A stretch of 64,000 nt of DNA. It comes from Planctomycetia bacterium. GTDB lineage: Bacteria; Planctomycetota; Planctomycetia; Pirellulales; UBA1268. The notes under the pieces were generated by a model. It was not told the DNA's origin. It saw only the letters and a list, made by a program, of their open reading frames with translations, and made no database searches. The stretch covers positions 5,424 through 69,423 of the forward strand of contig JAIOPD010000015.1 of assembly GCA_021414115.1 (NCBI GenBank), read 5' to 3'. Position 1 is the first letter of the stretch. Every line of letters begins with the position of its first letter. This document shows, one piece after another, positions 31,179 through 40,881 of the stretch. Position numbers and translations under genes: made by a program.

Positions 31179-31972
31179 CGGTGAATCCACAGCCGAGCCG
31201 CCCGCCGATCGTCGTGCTCGGGGCGAGCAATGTGTCGCGCGGCCTCGTGAGGCTGGCCGCGATTTCACGGGCTCGGACCGGCGGCGCGGCCGATCTGTTC
31301 GTCGCGGCCGGCCACGGCCGCTCGTACGGCGTCAACAGCCGAGTCGCCCTGCGCCGGCTGCCGTCGATCCTCGGCTGCGGCCTCTGGCGGGGGCTCGACC
31401 GCGAGCGGGCGGCGACGGGCGAGTCCACGGCGCCGCTCGCGGTCGTGACCGACATCGGCAACGACCTGCTCTACGGATTCGCGGTCGACCAGGTGGCGGC
31501 GTGGGTGCGGGAGAGTGTCCGCCGATTGGTGGATCACGGGGCCATGATCGCGATCACGCGGCTCCCGCTGGCGAGCATCGCCGGCGTGGGCCCGTTCCGC
31601 TACCGTGCGCTGCGGACGTGCTACGTGCCGGGATGCCGGCTCACGCTGGACGACATGAAGTCGACGGCAGAGCGACTGGACGACGCGGTCGTCGCGATCG
31701 CAGGTGACTTCGGGGCGACGCTCGTCGAGCAGCCGGGCGACTGGTATGGCCTCGATGCGATCCACGTCCGCCGCCGCCGGCTCGACGACTTCTGGCACCG
31801 CGTGTGTGGGGCCTGGGGTTTGCCGGAGGTGGCGGCGCCGGCGAGGCCGTCGTTTCGAGACTGGGCGCGGCTCGGCACGAAGTCGGCCGAGGTCCGGTCG
31901 GTGGCGCGGGTGATGCGGTTCACGCCGCAGCCCGTGGTGCAGCGGCCGGACCTGCGGCTGTGGTTGTATTGA
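31160..31972 (+). CDS. SGNH/GDSL-like hydrolase (tentative)
   Basis: Blocks VVLGASNVS, AAGHGRSYG, VVTDIGNDLLYG and LDAIHV. The start is GTG 31160 (19-nt overlap with the upstream gene) or in-frame GTG 31181. There is no early ATG. Confidence 0.6.
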   Translation: MAALELTVNPQPSRPPIVVLGASNVSRGLVRLAAISRARTGGAADLFVAAGHGRSYGVNSRVALRRLPSILGCGLWRGLDRERAATGESTAPLAVVTDIGNDLLYGFAVDQVAAWVRESVRRLVDHGAMIAITRLPLASIAGVGPFRYRALRTCYVPGCRLTLDDMKSTAERLDDAVVAIAGDFGATLVEQPGDWYGLDAIHVRRRRLDDFWHRVCGAWGLPEVAAPARPSFRDWARLGTKSAEVRSVARVMRFTPQPVVQRPDLRLWLY

Positions 31973-32225
31973 CGCGGGTCTTCTCGAGGGGGGCGGTCCG
32001 TGGGCGATTGCCAGCATCGAGATCCATCGAGTCTCCGCCGGCTGCGGGACGGCATGAGGTTCCTCGCGGGAGTATTTCGCTCGGCGCCTGATGAGGGGAT
32101 GAACTCCGATGAGCGAAATCCTCAACGCTCGTCACGCTCACGCCGATCCCTCCGCCTCGTCCAGCGATGCTCGTCGAGGTCACAGCCGATCGGCGTGTTC
32201 CGGGTGCAGAACACGACGGATGCCG

Positions 32226-32362
32226 CCAGGGATTGCCCCTCCCGTGTCGCCGGGCTTGCTGGCCAGCGGAGCCATGGATGGCGGAGCGCAGGCAGCACGC
32301 AGAGAGCGGAGGCCAGGATGGCCGCAGTGAACGTCCGGCGACACGGGAGGGGTAATCCCTGG
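32226..32362 (-). repeat. family A palindromic repeat (A2)
   Basis: Ends ccagggattgcccctcccgtgtcgcc (32226..32251) and ggcgacacgggaggggtaatccctgg (32337..32362) are complementary at 25/26 positions. The core is the reverse complement of the A3 core. Confidence 0.8.
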
Positions 32363-32388
32363 CCCGCGAGAGAATAATGTCGCCAGGG

Positions 32389-33477
32389 TCAGAGCACCGG
32401 CAGCGAGGGCATCGGGGGGCGGACGGCGGCGGTGGCGGCGAGATTGCCCACCAGCCGTTCGCAGATCGCCTCGAGGTAGGGTCGGCTCGCCGGATCGTCG
32501 TAGTTGGCGGCGGTCGTGCCCGCGTCGCCGTGTTCACGGATCGGAATCTGGAGCGGAACCTCGCCGAGGAACGGGATGTCGAGTTCCTGGGCGGTCCGCT
32601 TTGCGCCGCCGGTGCCGAAGATGTCGTATCGCTTCTGCGTGTCGGGACAGACGAAGAAGCTCATGTTCTCCACCATGCCGAGCACGGGGATATTGACCTT
32701 GCGAAACATCGCGATCGCCTTCGTGGCGTCGAGCAGGGCGACATCCTGGGGCGTGCAGACGACGACGGCGCCCGAGAGCGGCAGGGCCTGCGAGAGCGTC
32801 AGCGCGATGTCGCCCGTGCCCGGCGGCATGTCGATCACGAGATAGTCGAGCGGGCCCCAGAGCGTGTCGCGGAGCATCTGGGTGATCGCCCCGTGGAGCA
32901 TCGGTCCCCGCCACACCACCGCTTCGCCAGGCGGCACGAGAAACCCCATCGACATCACGGGCAAAGGGTTCCCGCCGACGTCGAGGGTCATGGGGAGGAT
33001 CTTGCCGCTCTCTACCTGGGGCCGGCCAGTGAGGCCCAGCAGGTGGGGCACGCTCGGGCCATAGACGTCGGCATCGAGCAGGCCGACGCGGCTGCCGGCC
33101 CGCGCCAGGCCGATCGCGATGCTCGCGGCGATCGTGCTCTTGCCCACGCCCCCCTTGCCAGAGCCGACCGCAATCACACTCTTGGCCTCCAGCCCGATCT
33201 GGCCGAGCTTCGTCGGCGGCCGGTCGTGCGGCACGACGGCGACGGAGACGGTGCCCACGTCGGGGAACTTTGCCCGGACGATTTCCTCGATCCGTGCCCG
33301 AGTGGTGTTCCAGCGGATGGCGGAGTGCGTGGTGAGGCCGACGGTGACGGCGATCGCCGCCGGATCAGCAGCGACCGACACGACCTGCCCCATGGCGGTG
33401 AGCGGTCGGCCTGTTTCCGGATCGGCGACATCGGCGAGGATCGCCTCGACGGCCGCGGGGGTGGGCGTGGTGCTCAT
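32389..33477 (-). CDS. mrp: Mrp/NBP35 (ApbC/Ind1-like) P-loop ATPase with an N-terminal DUF59/MIP18-like domain
   Basis: The ATG at 33477 overlaps the nuoN TGA (TGATG). Deviant Walker A GSGKGGVGKST. LDADVYGPS. The usual CxxC region reads FFVCPDTQKRYDIFG, with a single Cys. Confidence 0.9.
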   Translation of the reverse strand: MSTTPTPAAVEAILADVADPETGRPLTAMGQVVSVAADPAAIAVTVGLTTHSAIRWNTTRARIEEIVRAKFPDVGTVSVAVVPHDRPPTKLGQIGLEAKSVIAVGSGKGGVGKSTIAASIAIGLARAGSRVGLLDADVYGPSVPHLLGLTGRPQVESGKILPMTLDVGGNPLPVMSMGFLVPPGEAVVWRGPMLHGAITQMLRDTLWGPLDYLVIDMPPGTGDIALTLSQALPLSGAVVVCTPQDVALLDATKAIAMFRKVNIPVLGMVENMSFFVCPDTQKRYDIFGTGGAKRTAQELDIPFLGEVPLQIPIREHGDAGTTAANYDDPASRPYLEAICERLVGNLAATAAVRPPMPSLPVL

Positions 33478-35144
33478 CAGGGTGTGGTGGCGATCGATTC
33501 GGGGGTGAGGGAAACCTGTGCGGCGGGAGCGGCTGCCTGGGGAAGAATGCTTTCGCCGGCCCGCGAGGCGGCAGTGAACAGGCCGCGGGGCTGGATCGTG
33601 ACCATACCCACGAGCGCGAGGCAGGCGAGCATCGCCAGCCCGCCCGTGAGGCCGCCGTCGGCCTGCACGCCCCGCTTCGTGGTCTTGAAGTACATCGCGG
33701 CGATGATCCGCAGGTAGTAGGCGGCCGCGATCGCCGCGTTGATCACGAGCACGACGGCCAGGCCCACGAACCAGCAGCGGCGGCTGCCCAGCGTGATCGG
33801 CGAGTTCCAATCGACCTCGAGCGTCGAGACGGCGAGCGTGAGTTTGCCCCAGAAGCCCGGCAGGGGCGGAATGCCGGCCAGGGAGAGCAGAAACACGGCC
33901 AGTGCGAAGGCGGCGACCGGGTTGGTGGACGAGAGGCCGTCGAGATCATCGACCGTGGTGATCTCCTCGCGGGGCGGCCGCGGTCCGCTGCCGCTGGTCC
34001 ACTCGGGCCACCGATGGCCGAGGTAGGCGATGGCACCGAACAGGCCGATCGTCGCCAGCGCGTAGGTCGTGAGATAGAAGAGCGTGGCCGAGAGGCCCCC
34101 CGCGGCGAACAGCCACGACGACCGACCGTCAGCAGTCGCTCCCGGAGCCGACACGGCCGCGGCCACCGCGATCCCGACGAGCAGATAGCCCGCGTGGGCG
34201 ATCGACGAGCAGGCCAGCAGCCGCCGCAGGTTCTTTTGCCAGAGGGCCATCACGTTGCCGACCGTCATCGTGACTGCGGCCAGTACCACGGCCAGCCGCC
34301 AGAAGAGCTCGGGCGAGGTGCCGGAGCCGACCAGGGCGATGAGTCGGGCGAGGATCACGATGCCGGCCACCTTCGGCAGCGTGGAAAGCAGGGCGGCATT
34401 GCCGGGGCTCGTGCCCTCGTAAACGTCGGGGGCATAGAAGTGCATGGGGACTGCGGCCAGCCGGAAGGCCGCACCGACGATCGCCATACCGATCGCCAAC
34501 GGGAGGAGCACCTGCACCGTGCGGTTCGTGGCGGCCTCGGTCTGCAGCCGGGAAGCGATCGCCTGCAGGTCGGTCGAGCCGCCGATGCCGTAGAGGCAGA
34601 CGAGGGCGTAGAGGAAGATGGCCGAGGCGACCAGCGAAAGAAAGAAATACTTGAGACTCGCCTCCTGGCCGCGGGCGTCGGTCCGCTTGAGGCCGAGCAA
34701 GATGTAGGTGGGAATCGAGACGAGCTCGAGACCCGCGAAGAGGAGGACCAGGTCGCCGGCCACGCCCACCAGCGAGAGGCCCGCGAGCAGCAGGAGAAAC
34801 GTGCCCGCCTCCTCGCAGGTGCCGCCCCGATGGAGTCCCGGCCCGCGGCTCACGGCCGAGGCGAAGAGATCGCCCGACTGCACCAGGCAGAGCAGGAATC
34901 CCAGGGCGAGAACCGTCCAGCGGATGAATCCCGAAAACGCATCGACCGTCACGCCGGCCGAGAAGACGGGATCGGCGGCCTGGCCGCGGGTGACGGCCAT
35001 CGCCGCCACGATGCCGGCGGCGGCGACGAGCCAGCCGAAGCGGAGGCCCGCGAACGCCCCGCCGAGATAGGCGACGAGGGCCGCCAGCACGAGCACGATC
35101 TCGGGGGCGAGCAGACTGAAGGTTTCGAGCGACGTGGCATTCAT
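33477..35144 (-). CDS. nuoN: NADH-quinone oxidoreductase subunit N
   Basis: In-frame ATG at 35144 overlaps the nuoM stop. Polytopic antiporter-like subunit, last in nuoA-N order. Confidence 0.9.
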   Translation of the reverse strand: MNATSLETFSLLAPEIVLVLAALVAYLGGAFAGLRFGWLVAAAGIVAAMAVTRGQAADPVFSAGVTVDAFSGFIRWTVLALGFLLCLVQSGDLFASAVSRGPGLHRGGTCEEAGTFLLLLAGLSLVGVAGDLVLLFAGLELVSIPTYILLGLKRTDARGQEASLKYFFLSLVASAIFLYALVCLYGIGGSTDLQAIASRLQTEAATNRTVQVLLPLAIGMAIVGAAFRLAAVPMHFYAPDVYEGTSPGNAALLSTLPKVAGIVILARLIALVGSGTSPELFWRLAVVLAAVTMTVGNVMALWQKNLRRLLACSSIAHAGYLLVGIAVAAAVSAPGATADGRSSWLFAAGGLSATLFYLTTYALATIGLFGAIAYLGHRWPEWTSGSGPRPPREEITTVDDLDGLSSTNPVAAFALAVFLLSLAGIPPLPGFWGKLTLAVSTLEVDWNSPITLGSRRCWFVGLAVVLVINAAIAAAYYLRIIAAMYFKTTKRGVQADGGLTGGLAMLACLALVGMVTIQPRGLFTAASRAGESILPQAAAPAAQVSLTPESIATTP

Positions 35145-36811
35145 GGTGTCGGGGCCTGAGCGACTTGGGCGGCGGGATCGGTGAGCCGCATCCGGGCGGC
35201 GAAGGCGGGCCTGAGAAAGGTGGCGGGGGCGAGGCCGATCCAGATCGCGAACACCGCCAGTGGCAGCAGCGCCGCCAGTTCGTGCCAGCGGAGATCGCAG
35301 CGGTCGTGCGGGACGGCGTGGCCGCCGTGCGAACCGTGCGAGCCAGTTGTGGCATGCGACGCAGCTGCATCGTGCCCGTGGTCCCGCGGCGGCTCCCGGG
35401 AGCCGCCGAAGAAGACCCGCTCCACCGCCCAGAGCATGTACCACGCTCCAAGCACGACCCCGACTACCGCGAGCAGCGACATCGCGAGGTAGGCCGTCTG
35501 CCAGACGGGCGACACGCCAGACCATGCCCGCTGGAACGAGCCGGCGAGGATCATGAACTCGCCCACGAAGCCGTTGAGGCCCGGCAGGCCGATGCTCGAG
35601 AACGTGAACAGCATGAACATGACCGTGAGCCAGGGCGCCTTCGAGGCGATCCCGCCGAGGCTGGCGATGTTACGGGTGTGAAATCGCTCGTAGATCATGC
35701 CGACGAGCGCGAACAGGCCTGCCGACGAGATGCCGTGATTGATCAGCTGCAGATTCGCTCCCTCCGTCGCCACGGGCGTGAGGGCGAAGAGGCCCATCAC
35801 GATGTAGCCCATGTGACTCACCGAGGAGTAGGCGATCAGCCGCTTGAGATCGGTCTGCACCAGCGCCACCAGGGCCCCGTAGATGATCCCCGTCACGCCG
35901 AGTCCGAAGAGCCATGGGGCCGCGACGGCCGTGGCCTCGGGCAGCATGGGCAGCGAAAACCGCAGGAAGCCATAGATGCCGAGCTTGAGCAGCACGCCGG
36001 CGAGGTCGACGCTGCCGCCGGTCGGCGCCTCGACATGGGCCAGCGGCAGCCAGGTGTGGAAGGGCACGATCGGCACCTTGACCGCGAAGCCGGCGAGCAG
36101 CGCCAGAAACACGATCATCTGCAGCCAGCCCCCCTCGGCCGACATCGGCATCGGGTTGATCTTCATGGCGTCGGTGAGCGTCTCGATGTCGAAGGTCACG
36201 GTGCCGGAGTGCGAGGCATTCCAGAGCACGATCGCCAGGAGGCCGAGAAACGTGAACACGCTGCCGGTGAGCGTGTAGATGAAAAACTTGGCGGCCGCCC
36301 GCCGGCGGTCGTCGTGGCCCCAGATGCCGATCAGGAAGAACAGCGGGACGAGCGTGAACTCGAAGCAGGTGTAGAACAGGATCACGTCACGGGCCGCGAA
36401 CACGCCGAGCATCGCCGCTTCGAGCACCAAGAGGAGCACGTAGAAGCCGACCGGACGGTCCTTGACGGCGTCCCAGCTCACGAACACGGCCGTCACCGAG
36501 AGCAACGCCGCCAGGCCGAACATCCAGAGCGAGAGGCCATCGAGGCCGAGTGACAGCTTCACGTCGAAGATGCCCTCGGTAAGCCACGGCATCTCGACCA
36601 GCGCGAAGGGGAGGCCCGACACGGCGGCCGCGTCACCCAGAAAGCGGACGATCAGCCAGCCGGCGAGTCCGAGGGTCACCACCGCGGAGACGGCGGCGCT
36701 CTGCCGCACGGCCGAGACGCCGCGCGAGCCGAGGGCCCAGGCGACGACGGCGCCGACGAGCGGCGCCGCGATCGTGAGCAGGAGGTGGGAGGATGGACTG
36801 AAGCCGTTCAT
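35141..36811 (-). CDS. nuoM: NADH-quinone oxidoreductase subunit M
   Basis: ATG at 36811. Antiporter-like subunit. It has a His-rich insertion near the C-terminus (HGHDAAASHATTGSHGSHGGHAVPH). Confidence 0.9.
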   Translation of the reverse strand: MNGFSPSSHLLLTIAAPLVGAVVAWALGSRGVSAVRQSAAVSAVVTLGLAGWLIVRFLGDAAAVSGLPFALVEMPWLTEGIFDVKLSLGLDGLSLWMFGLAALLSVTAVFVSWDAVKDRPVGFYVLLLVLEAAMLGVFAARDVILFYTCFEFTLVPLFFLIGIWGHDDRRRAAAKFFIYTLTGSVFTFLGLLAIVLWNASHSGTVTFDIETLTDAMKINPMPMSAEGGWLQMIVFLALLAGFAVKVPIVPFHTWLPLAHVEAPTGGSVDLAGVLLKLGIYGFLRFSLPMLPEATAVAAPWLFGLGVTGIIYGALVALVQTDLKRLIAYSSVSHMGYIVMGLFALTPVATEGANLQLINHGISSAGLFALVGMIYERFHTRNIASLGGIASKAPWLTVMFMLFTFSSIGLPGLNGFVGEFMILAGSFQRAWSGVSPVWQTAYLAMSLLAVVGVVLGAWYMLWAVERVFFGGSREPPRDHGHDAAASHATTGSHGSHGGHAVPHDRCDLRWHELAALLPLAVFAIWIGLAPATFLRPAFAARMRLTDPAAQVAQAPTP

Positions 36812-36829
36812 GCCAGCGAGAGGTCCCTT

Positions 36830-39046
36830 CTAACCCATGGCCCGCGCGACGAGCGCGAGGACGATCAGGAGCATGCCGATCACGCCGGCGAGTGCATAGC
36901 GTTGGACGAGACCCGACTGGAGATGCCGGACGACGGCGCCCAGGGCGAATGGCAGCCGGGCGACCAGATCGACCGTTCCATCGATGAGATACCGGTCGAT
37001 GACCGCGGAGAGCGTGGCGACGAACTCCAGCGGCTTCACGATCAGGCCCGCGTAGATCTGGTCGAAGTAGAACCGGTTGGCGAACAGCGTCTCGAGGGGC
37101 CCGAGGAACCGCTCCATCTGCGGGCCGTCGCTCCGCTTGCCGAGATGGCCGAGGGCGGCGACCACGATCCCGGCCGCAGCGGCCAGCGAGCCCTGGATGG
37201 CGAGATCCCAGTGGAAGGCGGGGGGCGTGGCCGTCGAGGCGACCGACGGCGCCGTGAATGAAGGCGTTGCGGCGAGGAAGGTGGCCAACGCATGGCTGTT
37301 GAACAGCAGCCAGCCGCTCATCGCGGAGGCGACGGCGAGGATCACCAGCGGGATCGTCATCACGGGGGGCGATTCGTGGGCCGCGGAGCCCGCCGCACCA
37401 TGAGAATGGCGCCCGGCCTCCTCGGGCACCCTCGTGGGGCCGGTGAACGTCATGAACACCGCTCGGAACGTGTAGAAGGCGGTGAGGCCAGCCGTCACGA
37501 GTGACATCCAGAAAAGCAGCCGCCAGGTGGAAGGATGGTTGAGCGAGTCGAGCTGCGAACCGCGGCCGCCGCCGGCGAGCTGGCCCGCGTCGGGAGTGAC
37601 GCTCACGAGATGGAACGAGCCCGCGGTCAGAGCGTGGCCGCCGGCCGGAACGGCCTCGTGGTGCTCGCCATGGGCGTCGGGCCAGCCCCGCGAGTGGAGC
37701 GAGGCGAGGATCTCGTCCTTGCTGAAGAAGCCGGCGAACGGCGCCACGCCCGCGAGGGCGAGCGATCCGATCAGGAACGTGGCCGCGGTGATCGGCATGA
37801 TCCGCCTCAAGCCCCCGAACCGGCGCATGTCGATCACGCCGCCCATCGAGTGCATCACCGAGCCTGCGCCGAGGAACAGAAGCGCCTTGAAGAAGGCATG
37901 AGTGACGAGGTGGAAGATCGCTGCGGTGAAGCCGAGCAGCGTGCCCGTGCCGAGGCTGGCGAACATGTAGCCCAGTTGGCTGATCGTGGAGTAGGCGAGC
38001 ACCCGTTTGAGGTCGTTCTGCACCGTGCCGATGAGCGCAGCGACGAGCGCCGTCGTGGCGCCCACGATCGAGACCATCGTGAGGGCGCCCGGGCAGGCAA
38101 CGAACAGGGGCGCGGAGCGGGCCACGAGATAGATGCCCGCCGTGACCATCGTCGCGGCGTGGATCAGGGCGCTGGCCGGCGTGGGGCCCTCCATCGCGTC
38201 GGGAAGCCAGACGTGCAGCGGCAGCTGGGCGCTCTTGCCGCAGGCGGCCAGGAGCAGGAGCAGGCAGATCGCGGTGCCGACCACGCCGCCGACGTAGCCC
38301 GAGGCGTCGGCCAGCCGCGTGACGCCCAGGATGCCGGGCATGGTCGTGCCGTCGGCCAGCACCGTGTCGTGGAAGTTGAGCGTGCCGTAGGTCATCCAGA
38401 GCAGGAAGGTCGCCACGGCCAGGCCGAAGTCGCCCACGCGATTGACGAGGAAGGCCTTCTTAGCCGCCTTCGCCGCCTCCGGCTTCGTGAACCAGAACCC
38501 GATGAGCAGATAGCTGCACGCCCCCACCGCCTCCCAGAAGACGTAGACGAGCAGGAAGTTGCTGGCCGCGACGAGCATGGTCATCGAAAAGACGAACATC
38601 GAGACCAGCACGAAGAACCGCGGATAGCCCGGGTCACCGTGCATGTAGCCGATCGAATAGACGGCCACGAGGAGGCCGACGCACGTGATGATCACCAGCA
38701 GCGTCGAGGTGAGCGGGTCGAGTCGCAGGGCGACCGGGATCGACAGATTCGTCGCGGTCGCGACACCGGCGGCCTGGGCGTCGGGGACGCTCGCCCACTC
38801 CCAGAGCGTGGTCACCATCTCGACGGGCCGGGCCGGCTGGTCATGCCCCGAACCGCCGACGCCGACCTCCCGGGCCATGCCGACGAGCAGCGTGATAGCG
38901 ACGGCCGCCGAGGCGGCGATGCCGGCGATCGCGGGGAGGTGCGCCCGGGAGCCGAGCGTGCGGCCGAGGGCGACGGTGAGGATGGCGGCCACGAGCGGCA
39001 GGAGCGGCACGAGGACGAGCAGGGTGGAGGGAGCGATGTCTTGCAT
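36830..39046 (-). CDS. nuoL: NADH-quinone oxidoreductase subunit L
   Basis: ATG at 39046, 738 aa. It is the largest antiporter-like subunit, with the C-terminal lateral helix region. Confidence 0.92.
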   Translation of the reverse strand: MQDIAPSTLLVLVPLLPLVAAILTVALGRTLGSRAHLPAIAGIAASAAVAITLLVGMAREVGVGGSGHDQPARPVEMVTTLWEWASVPDAQAAGVATATNLSIPVALRLDPLTSTLLVIITCVGLLVAVYSIGYMHGDPGYPRFFVLVSMFVFSMTMLVAASNFLLVYVFWEAVGACSYLLIGFWFTKPEAAKAAKKAFLVNRVGDFGLAVATFLLWMTYGTLNFHDTVLADGTTMPGILGVTRLADASGYVGGVVGTAICLLLLLAACGKSAQLPLHVWLPDAMEGPTPASALIHAATMVTAGIYLVARSAPLFVACPGALTMVSIVGATTALVAALIGTVQNDLKRVLAYSTISQLGYMFASLGTGTLLGFTAAIFHLVTHAFFKALLFLGAGSVMHSMGGVIDMRRFGGLRRIMPITAATFLIGSLALAGVAPFAGFFSKDEILASLHSRGWPDAHGEHHEAVPAGGHALTAGSFHLVSVTPDAGQLAGGGRGSQLDSLNHPSTWRLLFWMSLVTAGLTAFYTFRAVFMTFTGPTRVPEEAGRHSHGAAGSAAHESPPVMTIPLVILAVASAMSGWLLFNSHALATFLAATPSFTAPSVASTATPPAFHWDLAIQGSLAAAAGIVVAALGHLGKRSDGPQMERFLGPLETLFANRFYFDQIYAGLIVKPLEFVATLSAVIDRYLIDGTVDLVARLPFALGAVVRHLQSGLVQRYALAGVIGMLLIVLALVARAMG

Positions 39047-39094
39047 GGGGTGTGGTGCGGGGTCGGCCGCGAGCCGGCCGCGCGAAGGGATGGC

Positions 39095-39538
39095 CTAAAC
39101 GTGCTCGCGCTCGAGCAGCGCGTCCTGGTCGACCGACGGCTCGACGCCTGCCGGGGTGAGTTTCGGAAACTTCAGCGGCAGCACGTCGACGGCGGGCAGT
39201 TCGTGATCGACCGTTCGCGGCAGGTTCGACTCGCGGAGCGACTGCCAGGCGGCCGAGTCGAGCCGGCCGGTACGGGCAAAGGCCTGCAGCACGAAGACGA
39301 GGGCCACCGCCGCCTCGCAGGCGGCGACCGTGAGCACGAAGATCACGAGCACGTGGCCGCCCCAGTCGCCGTGATGGCGGCTCCAGGCGACGAGGCTCAC
39401 TGAGATGCCCTGCAGCATCAGTTCCGCGCAGAGGAACATCACGATCAGGTTGCGGCGGGCGAGGATGCCGACGAGGCCGAGCGAGAACAGGATCGCACCC
39501 ACGACGAGGCCGTCGAGAACGAGGGGAGCGGGGGTCAT
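39095..39538 (-). CDS. nuoK: NADH-quinone oxidoreductase subunit K (with a C-terminal extension of about 45 aa)
   Basis: In-frame ATG at 39538 overlaps the nuoJ stop. Core LGLVGILARRNLIVMFLCAELMLQG. The tail after about residue 100 is hydrophilic. Confidence 0.88.
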   Translation of the reverse strand: MTPAPLVLDGLVVGAILFSLGLVGILARRNLIVMFLCAELMLQGISVSLVAWSRHHGDWGGHVLVIFVLTVAACEAAVALVFVLQAFARTGRLDSAAWQSLRESNLPRTVDHELPAVDVLPLKFPKLTPAGVEPSVDQDALLEREHV

Positions 39539-40350
39539 GGGACGGCCCTCCGGGCTGGGGCGACGGTGCCATCGGCCGAGGCCGCGCGGGACACGATCGC
39601 GATCGAACCGATCAGCGCCACCAGCAGGAGCACGCCGGCCACCTCGACCGCGAGAAGATGACGTCCGAAGAGTTCGCCGCCGAGACGGGCGACGTGATTT
39701 TCGATGAGCAGATCGACGCCCGCCTCCGACGCCGCGGGGACGGGGTCGGCCGCGGCGTTGCCGGCGATTGCGGCCGTCTTCGACGGCATGCGGCAGCACA
39801 GCGGCGGCTCGGCGGTGAGCCGGCCGATCGAGAGCGAGAGGATGCCGAGCAGCACGGCCCCCGCCACTGCGGAGAGCAGCGGCTCGTTGGACACGCGGTC
39901 ATAGGGGGCGAGCCCCGCGGGCGCCGCCAGCATGAGCACGAACAGAAACATCACGAGGATCGCGCCGGCGTAGACCACGATCGTGGCCACGCCCAGGAAC
40001 TGGGCGCCGAGCACGAGCAGCACCCCCGCCACGCCCGCCAGCGCCATGGCGAACCAGATCGCGGAGTAGACCGGAGACCGCGTCACGACCGTGGCGGCGC
40101 CCGAGATCACCGCGACAAGCGACACGATCAGGAACACGGCCTCCTCGCCGAGGCCCCCGAGGCGGTGGCCGGTAGCGACGAAGCAGGCGAGCGCGGCGAG
40201 GCCAAGCAGGGTGCCGAGCCAGCGGCTCGTCCGCTCCGCGGCGCCGGACTGCCCGCGAGGCAGAAGCAGCCAGAGGCTGGCCGCGGTGGCGGTCACGCCG
40301 CCGGCGAGGAGCGTGCCCGGCGAGATCGTGGGCAGAACGGAGGCGATCAC
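39535..40350 (-). CDS. nuoJ: NADH-quinone oxidoreductase subunit J
   Basis: The GTG start at 40350 overlaps the nuoI stop. Motif VVTRSPVYSAIWF...VYAGAILVMFLFVLML. Confidence 0.88.
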   Translation of the reverse strand: MIASVLPTISPGTLLAGGVTATAASLWLLLPRGQSGAAERTSRWLGTLLGLAALACFVATGHRLGGLGEEAVFLIVSLVAVISGAATVVTRSPVYSAIWFAMALAGVAGVLLVLGAQFLGVATIVVYAGAILVMFLFVLMLAAPAGLAPYDRVSNEPLLSAVAGAVLLGILSLSIGRLTAEPPLCCRMPSKTAAIAGNAAADPVPAASEAGVDLLIENHVARLGGELFGRHLLAVEVAGVLLLVALIGSIAIVSRAASADGTVAPARRAVP

Positions 40351-40880
40351 AGCGTGCCCCCCATCGCAGCCGACTTCATCGGCTCGGCGTCTTTCGTCAT
40401 GTCGTAGACGCTCAGCAGCTTTTCCTTGTCGAAGATCATCTCCTCACGGCTCTTGCCGGTGAGGTCGAGCAGGCTCGTGAGCTCGATCGCATCAACGGGG
40501 CAGGCCTCTTCGCACATGCCGCAGAATATGCACCGCAGCTCATCGATCTGGAAACTCTCCGGATACTTCTCGCGATCGGGCCAGGGGCTCTCGGTGGCCA
40601 CGATGTCGATGCAATGCGCCGGGCAGGCGGTGGCGCAGAGGAAGCAGGCCACGCACTTCACGCGGCCCTCGGGGTCGCGATTGAGCCGGTGGACACCGCG
40701 GTAGATCAGCGGGTTGCCCACCTTCGGTCGCTGTTCGGGATAGCTCACCGTGACCTTCGGGCTCACGAGATGCCGAGCGGTGGTCGTGAGCCCCTGGACG
40801 AAGAGCGGTAGGTAGAGTCGTTCCGTCAGGCCCAGCGGCCGTTCCTCGAGCCAGGTGATCGCCGGATCATTGGGCTTCAT
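40347..40880 (-). CDS. nuoI: NADH-quinone oxidoreductase subunit I
   Basis: In-frame ATG at 40880. Two 4Fe-4S ferredoxin motifs: CVACFLCATACP and CIFCGMCEEACP. Confidence 0.93.
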   Translation of the reverse strand: MKPNDPAITWLEERPLGLTERLYLPLFVQGLTTTARHLVSPKVTVSYPEQRPKVGNPLIYRGVHRLNRDPEGRVKCVACFLCATACPAHCIDIVATESPWPDREKYPESFQIDELRCIFCGMCEEACPVDAIELTSLLDLTGKSREEMIFDKEKLLSVYDMTKDAEPMKSAAMGGTL

Positions 40881-40881
40881 G

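Noticed and set aside
32000-32377. 125-aa ORF and neighbouring small ORFs in the SGNH/mrp intergenic region. Similar cases are 45692..46381, 6686..7170, 63069..63609 and 62412..63809
   Set aside because: They are read-throughs of the palindromic repeat families A and B and of the 88-bp duplication. The same peptide fragments (RSLRPSWPPL, RRHGRGNPW, ARAPGFP) recur only because the DNA repeat recurs.
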